Below, piece by piece: positions 12,125 through 24,216 of a DNA stretch of 64,000 nt. The number at the start of each line of letters is the position of its first letter. Within the stretch, counting starts at the first letter, position 1. The stretch covers positions 3,410,001 to 3,474,000 of the forward strand of contig JAYWIR010000005.1 in NCBI GenBank assembly GCA_036172245.1. Direction: 5' to 3'. A program made the translations under genes and the position numbers. The stretch is from Raillietiella orientalis (lineage: Eukaryota). Below the pieces are notes generated by a model, which saw only the letters and a list, made by a program, of their open reading frames with translations, was not told the origin of the DNA and did not search any database.

Positions 12125-15100
12125 AAGTGCGTTTATTTAAGAACAAACTTTAACAAAGAAGTGCAGTGGCTGGACCAATGCTCTAGCCACGCACGAAGAA
12201 ACGCAGAGCCTGCCGGGTCACCGGTTCGCAGACCGGTACGGTCCTCCACGGCAGCAGGGGGAGTGGGGAAAAAACAAAAAACTAAACAGAAAGAAAAGAA
12301 AAAGTGGGAAGGTACGGAAAGGGATCTCTGTTGCTGCTCGGGCCGTTGCATCCTTCTCAGGATGCCGGAAAGCTCTTGCTGTATTCGCGGATCCAGGTGG
12401 GGCCATCGCGACGCCCTCCTCAGGAAATTGGCGGCGCCCTGGATGGCACCCTTGTCGCGGGGTCCCTCCACAGCCTTGCTCCATCCGGCGAAGATCCCGC
12501 GAAGGCAGCACAAGGCTGCTATCGAGGCCGCTGGCCGAAGGGCGTCGGCAACGAAGAGAACTTTTAGGTTGTCGCAGGAGATTCCGATATTCGCGGCAAA
12601 GCGGAACCAAAGGGGCCGAAGAGCAACACAATCCACAAGGAGGTGAAGAAGGGACTCCTGTTTCCCACACCTAACGCAATTAGGGTCGACCGCTGCCCAG
12701 GTCCAGTGGTGTCGGCGGGCGTTGCAGGGGAGTCCCCAGTGCTGCAACAGTAGAGACAACTCCTGCCATTTTTAGGTGTTCATGAGCACCGGGGGCCACT
12801 TGAGATGTTCAATGGGGACATCGGGCAGTGCGCCCCAGCTCAGAATTCCAAGGGGAGGCGTACTCGGGGTGGCAGTATCAGTCAGCTGACCCGTCTTCCA
12901 CTCCCCTATCTTCTTCTCCTTTCCGGAGATTGTTATTGTAACCTCCCACTTCGACGCAACATCGTTGTTCTGATCTTCCATTAAAGAGGCTAGCAGAGCA
13001 GCGAGGGGGGTTCTTCCTGCCCACGCTCTTTTCCTCCAAGATCTATCCGTTCGTGCAACTTTTGTAGCTCCCAAACACGAACCGTCGTTCCTGTTTCCTC
13101 TCTCACCCTTGAGGGGATCGCACCTCCCACCCTGGTTGTCTCTTTCCTCATTCTCTCCGGAGGGACCCTTCCTCCCCAATGGGGAGGGGCTGTCCTCTCC
13201 ATTTCAACTTCTCTCATTTCAACTTCTCCGGAGGGTCATCCCCTTGCGGGGGATGGTCCTCTCCATTTCAACTTCTCCGAAGGGAACCCGCAAGGGAACC
13301 GCTCCTTTATTCACTCCTCTGAAGACAACCCCGAAGGGACGCTTCCGAAACTCAGAAGGGCCGCTGCAGCTTCCCGCAGGGAATCGCTCTCGCTTGCTTC
13401 ATTGTGCACACTCTGTGAAGAGGCGACGACTCGGAAGGGTAATCTCCCGCTGAGGGGGGGTCCGCTCCATCGAACAACTAGGAGGGAGCCCGCTTGGGCT
13501 CCTGCTCCATGTTCCTTCTCTTGCACTCTGTGAAGAGGACGACTGGGAGGGTACCCCCGCTGAGGGGGTCCGCTCCATCGAACAACTAGGAGAGGAGCCC
13601 GCTTGGGCTCCTGCTCCATGTTCCTTCTCTTGCACTCTGTGAAGAGGACGACTGGGAGGGTACCCCCGCTGAGGGGGTCCGCTCCATCGAACAACTAGGA
13701 GAGGAGCCCGCTTGGGCTCCTGCTCCATGTTCCTTCTCTTGCACTCTGTGAAGAGGACGACTGGGAGGGTACCCCCGCTGAGGGGGTCCGCTCCATCGAA
13801 CAACTAGGAGAGGAGCCCGCTTGGGCTCCTGCTCCATGTTCCTTCTCTTGCACTCTGTGAAGAGGCGACGACTCGGATGGGACCCCAGATAAGGGGGTCC
13901 GCTCTCCGTTGCACGACCGGAGGGGGAACTCTCCACTCCTTGGATTCCTGGAAGGACCCGAAGGTCGACTTCCATTGTTCCGGCCTCCATCAGGGGCCTC
14001 CGGCTTAAACGACCACCGGTGCCACGCCCGAATGTTATCGGCCAACCAGAGCCATTGCAGGAGAAACTCGGAACCCAACGACGCAGTGGCGTCAGTTTCT
14101 GCCAGAGTATTCGATCCCGCGACGCATGGTGCCACGCGCGGAGGCCTTAACCACAAAGCCTCCGACGCGGGCAACCGTCGTTCCTGTTGGGCGCGTTGCA
14201 TGCCCATCTGTCCCCACGTGAGCACGGTTTCCTGCAACCAGGCACTACCGTTCGCGGGGCAGCAGGTGATCCATCCTTGATTTTTCTGAATCAAGGCAGC
14301 CACCCTCCGCAGCTGAAGCCCACATCGGTTGATGCGGCGGCGATGGAGTGCAAGAAAGGACGTGAGTCCCGTCTTGTTGGTGGCTTGCTTGCCGAGGAGA
14401 CGTGCAGAAACGCACCAGCAGGTGCACCACAACTCCCGCACAACGGCCAACATCCGGAACCGGTGCTGAAGCTCCAGCCGCTCCAACGTCAGGAGGCCGA
14501 GACCACCGTCCCGACGCGGAGCGCACAAGTCCTTTAAGCGGACTCGGGCCCTCCCGTTGCCCCAAAGGGCGATACGAAGGAGGTCCTTCGTCCGCTTTTT
14601 AATTCTCTCTGTGGGAAAGAGAAGAAAAAGTAGGGAACGGAGGAGTGGAGCCGCGAACGTGTTCCAAAGCGCGGCCCGTTCAGGCAGGAAAAAGCTGCCG
14701 CCTCGTAACGGGCCGATCGCCGTGTCTACTTTCTGGAGGCAGCCGGACCACGCTTCCGCAGGGGAATAGTTCCCCAACGGCACACCAAGGTACTTGAAGT
14801 ACCTCACCGTGAGGATCCCCAAACGGACCCAGTTCTGCTGCCCTGCTTACGCCGCACCAACTGGCATCACGGGCGACTTCACCCTGTTCACCGTTATTCC
14901 GGTTCCCCGATTCAGCAGGTGGAAGAACTCCTCGACCGCCGAAGCCGCGGTGGACATAGGGAGCAGCAGCAGAACGTCGTCCGCGTACGCTGAAACCGCA
15001 GGCGTACCGGCGCAGTCGTGCGGCAGGTGCTTTAGAGGATCCCTGTACGCTCTCAGTACCAACTCAAAGTAGGTACTGAAGAGCAAGGGGCTCATGCTGT

Positions 15101-15360
15101 CTCCCTGCCGTGTCGCACGCCGTGCACGGTCTACCCGCTGAAAAAAAGATTGATAATCGCGTCGCGCCAGCTGGAGCGCAGATAGGACAATAATGTGGCC
15201 GGGAAGCCCAACCGTTCCAGAGGCTACAGCAGGAGATTCTGGTCGACGATGTCGAATGCTTTACGCAAGTCGACTGCGACCGCAAGGGCTCCCTCCTCCA
15301 CCCGACCATCTGACCCTTTGCTGGCGCACGCACCGGAATTCCGGCTTCGCATCAAGCCCC
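12125..15360 (-). mobile_element. L1/Tx1-like LINE ORF2 remnant (RT core to zf-RVT and 3' end)
   Basis: GDSMSPLLF...AVSAYADDVLLL (14847-15095), FKYLGVPL...LCAPRRDGGLGL (13695-14822), DPNCVRCGKQESLLHLLVDC (around 12630-12690), AATAAA on the minus strand near 12135. Confidence 0.9.
13408..13905. repeat. 109-bp minisatellite (~4.5 copies) inside the LINE ORF2
   Basis: GCACTCTGTG recurs at 13523, 13632, 13741 and 13850 (period 109), with diverged end copies. Confidence 0.97.
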
Positions 15361-15930
15361 TTTCCTGTCAACGCTCTAGCCAGGTGGAAGCGTGGAACAG
15401 GTTTACCTCAAAGCTCGTCCCGCGACATAGCAACTCAATGAAGCCTTCGAGCGCCCACGCCGGGATGCATCCGTGCAGCAGCAGCAGGAGGTCGTCGGCA
15501 CAGGCCCACACGGGAGGCGTGCCAAGACGCGAGCTCGCCAGAGTTACCAGAGTCTCCCTGTATGCTCTCAGCACCCAACTCAAAGGGGATGCTGAAGAGC
15601 AGGCGGGTCAGGCCGTCACCCTGCCTTTTGCCACGCCGAACAGGCGCACCGCACACGTGTTGGCTGCTGAAAGAGATATTCATGAGCGCGTGGCGCCAGC
15701 AAAAGCGCAGATAGGCCTGAAAGACTTCCGGAAATCCCATGCGTTCCAGGAGTTCCAGAAGAAATTCCCGATCGAAGCAGTGGAATGCTCTACGCAAATC
15801 GCCCACGACTGCCAGGGTTCCGGACGTGGCTCTACCTCCCTCCCTGGTCAGGGGAAACTCGAGGATCCTCTTGACCTTCGCGCTAATGGGGTAGTAATGG
15901 TGAGAATGGGTAATTAGTATGATTGGATAG

Positions 15931-15984
15931 CAAGAATCAGTTTGGGAGAATATTAATTTTGGGTATTAAAGGATTATTTCTTGA
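15931..15984 (+). tRNA. trnP: Mitochondrial-type tRNA-Pro(TGG) copy lacking the T-arm (NUMT, presumably non-functional)
   Basis: Acceptor CAAGAA/TTCTTG; D-arm GTTT-GGGA-GAAT; anticodon stem TTAAT/ATTAA with 7-nt loop TTTGGGT; 7-nt TV-replacement loop AGGATTA. Confidence 0.8.
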
Positions 15985-15999
15985 TGGTGTATTTGAATT

Positions 16000-16054
16000 C
16001 TCCTTTAATTTATTTTCGATTTACAAATCGATGTTTCAATTAGACTAGTAAGGC
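16000..16054 (-). tRNA. trnT: Degenerate mitochondrial-type tRNA-Thr(TGT) copy lacking the T-arm (NUMT)
   Basis: Minus strand GCCTTAC-TA-GTCTAATTGAAAC-A-TCGAT-TTGTAA-ATCGA-AAATAAATTAAAGGA. The anticodon loop is one base short and the acceptor stem is imperfect. It lies next to trnP on the opposite strand. Confidence 0.55.
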
Positions 16055-17125
16055 TGGGCTTAGAGGGGGTAGCGACTGCCACCATGGTTCGTGCAGGAAA
16101 GTCTCCTCCGGACTGTCCACGGATTCCGCCACCCGTCCAAGTCACTCAGCCCACAATTTGATAAGCAACTTCGCGTCCGCATTCGGCAGAGTGATGGACC
16201 ACCAGTTGCCTACGTTGCGTGAGTCTCCTCCTTTCGGGAGGAGAAACCATACCTTAGATGAGCGGGACGAGTTGGGAAGGTCGTCTCGTTCGCGGATCAG
16301 CATGCCAATTGTAGCACCAGGTGGACCAGCTCTGCCTGGAAGCACTGGTAAAACTCCGCGAGCAGCCTGTCCTCCCCCGATGCCTTTCGTTTTCTGAGCT
16401 TCCCGACGGCACAGATGATCTCCGCCATCGAGAAAGGCTCCTGCAGATGGTTCCTATCCTCATCCCTCAAAACTGGGAGCAATCGCTGTGCAAAGGCGCG
16501 CCCGGGTCTTGCTCTCGCGTAAAGTGAGGAGTAAAAAAACACGCAAGATGCGGCTCACCTGCTCTGAGGATGAGCATTCTCGGCCTTGGGCGTCCAGCAA
16601 GCTGGCCGACCCGCATTGTCAGGTCTGCCTTTCGGCCATAGCTCTGCCTTCCGGCATTCCTGGAGTAGAGACGCACCAGTAGGTAGGCCCTCTGGTTCTT
16701 CAATGCTTCGCCAAAACCCGGAAGAAGGCGGTTCAGAAAGAACTCTCGGACTGAGCTCTTCATTTCGTCCCAGTCCGGAAGCGTCCGCAGCTGGAATTCT
16801 CGCAGAAGCGCGCGGAGATGCTCCGCTGCTCCTGAGAGGCGCAACCAGTCTCCTGGCAGGCGCCATGTTTGAGAGGGTGGACCTCTTCCTCGCGGGTGTA
16901 TGTCGAGCACAAGTCGCGGATGGTCGGACAGCTCCGAGAAGAGTGTTCCACGATTTCCCAGCCGTGCGCGCACAAGTGGTCGTCCAGGAAAATGGGATGA
17001 ATGCTGTTCGCCGCCTCGGCATCTCCGGCCAACAAGTTGCGCGTGTGCATGGCTGCGCACATCTCGTTGACCAGGCGCGCTCGTATATCGCGCGCGTACC
17101 TGCCACCAGGCGGACATTCGAGTTT

Positions 17126-19140
17126 TTCATTCGGTCACTCCGGGGCGTTTATTTTCATAAACCAGTTGGGAAGGAAGGTTCGCAACCGCCGAATACAAGA
17201 TGCAAAGGGAAGGTTTCAGCGACACGCAGGCCGGGAAAACGAGATGTCGAGAACGGGTGAGGGAGAAGGGGACAAAAAAAGAGAAAAGTAATGAGACTGT
17301 GTTGGTTGTAGCAGGGATCTTGGGATTCGCTCCGCAGTCAAAGAAAGGAAAACACCGGGAAATCTGTGGAGCGATCAGGCACAGGGAATCAAGGAGAAAA
17401 AGAATTCAATGAACAAGGGAGGGCAAAGGGCTAGGATCACCGGGATCCACCGTTCCTACTTATTTGTAACCCGTCGCTCTATGCCGGCGATCTCCTCTTT
17501 CGTTTTCTCGTCAAGCTGATGCCAGCTTGCAGCTGCACCGACGTACGTGGCTGCCATCGCGGTGACATCCCTTCGCCGCCTGGAAGTCTCCACCACATTT
17601 CAGGATGAGACGAAGGCGCGTATGCAACCTATGGTTGCGATCACCGCGCCAGTCGTTTGTCCTCCGCAGCACATCTCATTGAACCTCCGCAGCACATCTC
17701 GAGCGGTGTCCTCCCGGTGCAGCAGTGCTGCTACCAGCCTCCGCCATCGTTCATGAAGGACGTCTAAAAGCGGGTGCGGGAACGATTCTGTCGACCCGCA
17801 CCTGCCACAGTTAGGGGAAACCATCCCACGGGAAACACGATGCCGTCGCTCGTTGCACTGGAAACCCCAGTGCACGAACGGCAGCACGTCCTGTCTCCAA
17901 CCAAATGGAAACACGGATGTGTAAGCACAGTTTGGCGGGACCGCTAACACTTCTGGGGCAATTTCTAACAGTTCACGCCACCGAACAAGTCGCGAACAAG
18001 CAGTTGTGCGCGGAGTAACAGCATCTGCCAACTGGCGCGTGTTCCAGCCAGCCACCCAGGATGTAGTGAAGGAAATCTCTCATCTCCCCAGTCTTCTCTT
18101 GCCCTGAGGACAGACAGCGCCGCGCTAAGGGGAGTGGCGCTATGCTGGACCACTTCGCCACGTCCCCGGCAATCAGGCGCGCCCTTCGCACGTCTGCCTC
18201 GGCCAGCCAATCTCGCCGCAGGCCTTCGGACAACGCAGTGCGTACAGCTTCAAAGCGAGAGCGACCCTCGGCGCTGCTTGCTTATTTACCGGGGCTGTTT
18301 CCCATGTTCGGGCTGCTCGCCTGCCTACGATTCTTCGCCTGAGTGGCGGTCTCGCGCAAATCCGGTGGCCAGGATCTTCCATTGCCTTGCTTGTCCGCTT
18401 TCGGAATGGGCGCTGCACACTGGCTGCCGCGTTTCCGTTCCAGGAAGCGGGAAACCGCGTCTTCCCGTACACCGTCCAGTGTGAATTCCGAGGCGGAACA
18501 CTTCAAGTCCTCCGTCGCACGCGTAAACATTCCTGTGTGAAGAGAAGCGCGCGCAGTTTCCATCCGCCACCGGGAAGGAGGGCGCACTTGGAAGCAGGAG
18601 GCACCGTTCCAGCTGGAGTCTTTCGGCTGCTCTTCCTGGTTGGCATCATGGCTGCCTTCCTCGTGCGGGATTCGCGTCCCGTGCAGTTTCATGTTCTGCC
18701 AATTCGTTTCCGTGCAGGTGGCTTCCTGGGCGGGATGCTCGCAGCGACGCGCATCTCTCGCAGTGCTCGTCACTTCCTGCACCTCTTCTGCACGAACCCG
18801 CATTTTTTCCGATGCTTTCCCTTTCGTACACACAGTGTTCGCCATGCTGCTACACGCGAGCTTTTCGTACCGTGACACGTGCCCTCACCTCCGCTTGCGG
18901 ATATGTAGCAGGAATCCGGATGCTGGCAGCAAAGAAAGCATTTGCAGGAAGCGTTCAGGGAACCGCGCAACCGCTCCCATGCGTGCGGAGGTCAGGCGTG
19001 TTTTCGACGGGGGCTGAACGAACGAAAATGCGATACGAAGGACGTGGGAGATGAGACAGGGGTCATCGCGTCCTGCAACCAAGCGACGTTCCGATCGGGC
19101 TGCTTCGGAGGACATTCCGGTTAGCTCCGTGAGCCTCTTA
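17126..19140 (-). mobile_element. L1/Tx1-like LINE 3' remnant (post-RT, zf-RVT, 3' UTR)
   Basis: WRQDVLPFVHWGFQCNERRHRVSRGMVSPNCGRCGSTESFPH (17600-18055); UTR ends AATAAACGCCCCGGAGTGACCG on the minus strand near 17130-17153. Confidence 0.8.
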
Positions 19141-20819
19141 GGGAGAAACGTGCCTTTCGAACCATCTTCGAAATCGTTTCAATCCCTCGGTGGTCGTGTT
19201 CCAGAATGTTGCATTGCGTCCTATCCTAGGTACAGGATGAAGAAAACGAATAGGTATGGAACACCTGTGAAGTGTCCATTTCAAAAAGAACATGGGAACA
19301 GTCGAGTGAGAATTTGAAATATGGAGTCGCATAAAGCAGGCAGTCGGTTGAAGGCCATGGAGTGTCGCGCCAGCAAACGCGGTGATGTTATGGAAAATTG
19401 AAGCAGCAAACATCCTCGTGAATGGGGACGGTAACGATCAAGGAAGTCGACGAAAAAGAAACATCTCTTTTGTAAAAAGGCAAACACGGACTTTTGTGAT
19501 TTCTTTGCAGCAATAGCTCCTAAGAAACCAATTGCGTAGAGGAGGGGCGCTGCTATGACGTGTGGTGCGGTTTTCTGAACAGAGCTTGAGTGAAAGCCGA
19601 ATCGTGGGTGAGCCCGGCACGGGGTGAAATATGAACAGAAGATGAAGGCGAGTTAGAAGCCTTCCGGGAAGGGAAATGCAGTGAATGGGAAATTTTCCGT
19701 ATTCTTGTGAAAAGGGTTCTTGGAAATCGATGCTCTCTTTACAATTCTTTCTTTCTCAGGCAACGTAGATACCCTGAAGAGTGTAAGTTGAGTGTGTCTC
19801 TTGCAGGCTAGGGAGAGGAGTGTGGATTGTGCTTAGGGAGAATGAAGGATGAATCATGGATGTGCATTGGTGAAGGAGGAATGGTTGGTGGATTCGTATT
19901 GCATTGATATCTTCACGTACATATAGGTTCTGTCAGTGAAGTTGTACGCAGTTGAAGTTTGGACAAGGACCACGGCTAATTTAAAAGTTTTGCTTGGGAA
20001 GGATGGAGATGAGCTTACTTTGGCTATTTGAGGGTGTAAGAATTTGGACACATATGCCAGGTAATGTGGACACATGCCACTGAATCTCATAGGGATACCC
20101 GGTGAATGATGGATGTTCAGGTTTCGAAAAGTAAACGGAGAGACATGAGGTCAGTGTTTTCCTTTTATAGGTATGTAGAATGGTAAGGGAGATCAATGTT
20201 GAATGCTTCAGCAAGTTTGCTTTGAAAGTGACAATGCTGGGATGCAAAAACGAAGAGCAGATCATGGGAATGCATATCGGCAGATTTGGATTGATTTTAG
20301 GTTATGATGAAAGCTAAGGCAATGATTGAAAGGTCATTGGAGAAGTCGACTTAGATAATGCCAATGGTTTTCGATGGTGATTTGATTCTGGTTACGAGTC
20401 TGCACAGAGGAAATTTGTGTAGGGAAAGCAAGTTTTGGGAGCTAAAGTTTTCATGGACGGATGATAACGGATGCAGTAAGATGGAATATCTGGTGGAGGG
20501 TGGAGGGATGGAACATGGACAGCGAAGAGGAGGTGGTGTTTACCATGAGTTTTCTGTTTCGTGGTCCGGTGTGGAGGCAGAGAAGTATGTCCAAAACGGG
20601 ATGCATGATTAGATGGCAGATGGCAAGTCTGGAAAAGAGAAGGACCTAAAGCCAACATGTGAGTACTATGTGTGGAATAGAATCAGTTACTTGATTGTCA
20701 AAGTGTCGGTGTTCCCACTCGACAAGGTTTGTTTCTTTGCAGTCATCTGTTTATGGTGCTCATTTAGGTTGTTGAAGTCAAAGGTTTCACTAGGATCGAG
20801 TTGAGTGAGCACAAATCTG

Positions 20820-22035
20820 TGCCGCATGCTGCAGAGCATTTTCGAAATAGAATTCCTCGTCTAGCTAAGGTGGTAAATTGTCGGATCCACAGAGAGGGCA
20901 TCGATCTGGATTCCAAGGAAGGGGCTAGCTCGTTAGTGCAATACGTCTTTCGACGCATTGACCATGCGATTCGTGCTGGGAAGTGGTACGAGAAGAAAAG
21001 CAATGGCGGTGATCCATTTCGTATTGTGAGTGGATTGAATAATTAGTGTCCGTGTTCCTGAATAGGGGATGCAGTTCTGGCGGCAACCGGGAACAACGAA
21101 GTGGAACGTTCGGAAGTGCCTTTCATCCTCCTGTGTGCAGTCTCTGAGAGCCAAAGTTGAACTGATTTTTGATTTCTGGTTGATTAATAGCGCTGCAAAG
21201 CAGAAGTCGAAATTCCGATCCATTCAGCGGATCATGCACAAGAGGAAAATCGCCTGCGCGTTCATCAAGGACAGCGTGGAAGCCTCGTTCCCCTTTGCGG
21301 CATTTGGGAACACGAGAACGTGGAAGGAAGAGCACGTCGTGATTCCTGTCCAACGAGTGCCAGTCCAACTTGGAAAGGGACAGACTGTTCGCTGGGATGC
21401 CAACTACAGTGATGCCAGAACCCACTGAACCCCATAACCTCACTCATCCAGCGCAAACAGTTGAGGGATGGGTGAACGATAGATTTCACTACGTCCGCGA
21501 GGAGAAATCCAAGTGCATGCGGCTCGAGCGAACAACGTTGATGTCTTCGTTCTGATCGAGCAGCTCTCGAAATGCAGGCAACGGAGATGGGAGCCTCCGG
21601 TGTGTATTTTGAATGGAGCGCAGGGAAAACCGGAATGTTTAGGGACGCTTCCTGCCTTGAACTCCGTCATGAATCCAAGGCTGAGGCGCTGACCCTTGTG
21701 TGCAGCTTCATCAGCATCGGGCAAGCTCCTATTCTTTCAAGGCCCCTCCGACAAAACGAAGGGCTGCTGAATGGGACTTTTCCCTGCAGGGCGTTTTGTC
21801 GTTACGCTAGAGGTTCGAAGATCTGTGCCAGAGGAGCCCTCATTTGAACTGCTTGACTCTTACAGCAGACATTTCGCTCGCAGAGGATGGAAGTGGTGGA
21901 CGTTCACAGAGGCAGGCAGTGCGCGTGTGCATACGTTTCGGATGCATGGAGGAGAGAATTTTTAGTAAAGGATCACGAAAATTTGCTGCTTTTCACTGAG
22001 GGAAGAAAAAAGTTACGGACGGTAAAGTATTCTAT
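20820..22035 (+). mobile_element. Putative Academ-like DNA transposon XPG/PIN-fold nuclease remnant
   Basis: Frameshifted motifs in the expected order: RANNVDVFVLI (cf. DTDVFVLL), AEALTLVCSFISIGQ/FFQG..DKTKGC (cf. ALPxFHAFTGCDxxSxFxGxGKK), FTEGRKKL. Heavily decayed. Confidence 0.35.
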
Positions 22036-22039
22036 ATGT

Positions 22040-22290
22040 AAGGTGGTTCGTTCCCAAACGTTCCCATGGGAGCCACAGGGCAACACAGTCCACGAGCAAG
22101 GGTGGGAAGGATTCGTGTTCCCCGCACTTGCGACCGTCTCCGGGCTCGCTTTCCCCAGCGTCCAGCGGTGTCGACGCGCGTTGCAGGGGAGACCCTAGCG
22201 CAACAGCAGAAGTGACGACTCCTGCCGCTCCAGGGGGAGGGCGCTGCACCACATGAGCACAAAGGGCTACTCCGGGCCTCCACTGGTTGT
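22040..22290 (-). mobile_element. Short LINE zf-RVT fragment
   Basis: RKCGEHESFPPLLVDCVALWLPW in ORF 22013-22342; not seen at the equivalent place in duplication copy 2. Confidence 0.6.
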
Positions 22291-22299
22291 CTTCGAAGG

Positions 22300-22880
22300 A
22301 AACCTTGGAAGGAACCTCTTCCTTGCTCCGATTTCCACGCACACAGAGGTGTTCTCAGACGGTGTTTTGCTCCATCTCAGACCTGAGGCCGAAAAAGGGG
22401 GCCGTCGTCGCAGTTCTTTCATTCAGCTTCTTCAACAAGCAACCGCTTAGGGAGTTACCGTCAACGACAGGACCGTCGAGCATTCTGGTATGATCACAGT
22501 CTGCGTAAATGGTGAGTGTACGTGCAAGCGGAAAAATATCGTACCCCCACCCCCTTCAAATGCACAGTTTCTTTATAATGATATATATACATGTCTCGCA
22601 CTGCAGTGTTTTTGCGCCGAGGTTTTAACCGGGCTCGTTTCCAATTTCCTTCACGTTTTCAATTGCCAAGTGGCGTGCCTTTGCCCTGAGAACACGACCG
22701 TTGACCGCATTTGGCGCAGATACGGCCACTGTCGCGTAGAATGCTGCATCCTGCTGCTGCAGGCTTGTTTACGTGCCTGACCATATGGTATGAGGCTTTG
22801 GCTGGCTCATCTCTTTCGCAGCACTGGACTGTCTCACTCTGATGAAGCTCTCTGCATTGACAGGCACTGCCCATTCTTTA
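22300..22880 (-). mobile_element. Possible pogo/Tigger-like transposase remnant (paralog ~49950-50560)
   Basis: The paralog ORF 50127-50489 reads LETGL...AVNGRVLRTKARHLAIE...WKRAS, similar to a CENP-B-type HTH, followed by MLDGPVVDGNSL. Weak. Confidence 0.3.
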
Positions 22881-23159
22881 CTACATGGAAGGGTGGAGGG
22901 TGTAACGTTCGCCGAGTTTTAGTGACGCAAACAGTAGAAAAACTGCCTCCAGATACACTTTAGTAGTTTGCACCTAGCCAGTCTCAACCTAAAACTTACG
23001 CTTCCCAGTAATGCGGTTTGGGGCCATCTTAGGGGTCAACCTTTGGTGCAACGAGCGAGCATCACTTTGGAGGACTCAGTCGTGATCAGGATCTCGAAAC
23101 CAAGGTCGAGGGACCACAAGCTACAGAAGGATGCTTCAGAAAACGAAATCGAAAATGCC

Positions 23160-24055
23160 TTTTTTTTCTAAAGCCTGCATAACGAATCACGGCAAGGCTT
23201 ATACTTAGTGCCCTAAATAAACAGTAAGAATCCTCGACTATCGATTCAATCGTACACACAATATAGCAAACCGCATGCACAACCCATGAATCCATTTCAT
23301 CATTCCCACTTCATTTCTAATTTGTGCGATTTGAGGCCACCGTTCGGATGTTGGTGAAATGATGAATAGTACAGTGAACTACGTTTACTGAGGCATACGT
23401 TCGGGCTGTCGATGTAGCACCAGTCAGATGCAGCATCTCGTGCTGAATATGTGGTTCCCATACGCACATAAACTCCTGTTCTTGAATTTACGAAACACAG
23501 GAGATCGGTTTTGCTGCCAAGTCACCTGATTCCAGATTCCTTCAGAATCACCATAATTTTTCATATTCGGAAAATCTTCCTCCTATCCGATATTTGTCGC
23601 AACAACATAATTATTCTACATATATAGTCTCCACCTATTTCAGAATTCAACACATTCGACTCTTTTCGATCAGAAAAAGTTTCCGTAAGTGGTTGCAAAG
23701 TTATCCTCACCCCGTACATACTCAAACAGACTCGACATTCCAGTCAGATTCCATAATCCAAGCAACGTACTCATCGTGAGCTTATGGAAATCGGTATCAT
23801 ACACAAAGCAACCGACATAATAACCTTCACTGCCAACAAGCCTCAGCTCTTGACGAACAGTAGAAGCACCCTCCGTGAAACCGAAATCCTTAAACCGAAT
23901 ACGCGCACCAGAACGCAACACCTTCCCAATCCAGGAGGAAGCACGTCCAAAATTGCCACGATCATTAACACGCCTCCTCATTGAATTACGCTTACGATGA
24001 TTACCAGGAGAATGCAATGCACGACGTCTACGACGCTGTTTACGTAAAGAAACAT
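23160..24055 (-). pseudogene. cap: Endogenous CRESS DNA virus capsid (Cap) gene remnant
   Basis: Arginine-rich N-terminus SLRKQRRRRRALHSPGNHRKRNSMRRRVN (ORF 23670-24104), then SSLFEYV; the paralog near 51240-51290 reads SSMFEYVKLYGVRI, like the circovirus-type FxxYxIxxVxI capsid motif. Possible C-terminus VIRYAGFRK near 23165. Divergently oriented from Rep. Confidence 0.65.
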
Positions 24056-24216
24056 TCCTAAGATCAGCACGATGAAGTGTACGTGTTGCAACAGGCATCC
24101 TCACACCGCAACCTCTTGTATCCTAATGCATTCCAAAATAAAGGGAACAAAGAGAATACGAACCCCCTGACCCTCACATTCCTCCAATTTGACACCGACT
24201 ACGCAAAAACCACTTG

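Larger units (their letters stand above)
15886..16069. other. Nuclear mitochondrial insertion (NUMT): trnT-trnP region with a possible nad6 start
   Basis: AT-rich ~184-bp island that splits the LINE sequence CTTCGCGCTA|TAGC, which is uninterrupted in the paralog near 44230-44245. It contains two mitochondrial-style tRNA folds on opposite strands. Confidence 0.8.
15361..17125 (-). mobile_element. L1/Tx1-like LINE ORF2 remnant (APE endonuclease end, linker, RT), interrupted by a NUMT
   Basis: ELSDHPRLVLDI (APE SDH motif), LQEPFSMAEII, LLPKGGDSRNVGNWWSITLPNADAKL, DLRRAFHCFDREFL, RQGDGLTRLLF, CADD. Close paralog at about 43700-45118. Confidence 0.9.

Noticed and set aside
11846..12646. Long ORFs antisense to LINE remnants (also 15195-15917, 16586-17260, 43514-44218)
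   Set aside because: Shadow ORFs of GC-rich retroelement sequence whose real motifs are on the opposite strand.
19980..20560. RNase H / zinc-finger end of an I-clade LINE on the minus strand
   Set aside because: Only a faint motif echo (DSVAC...HMCP); not enough to call.
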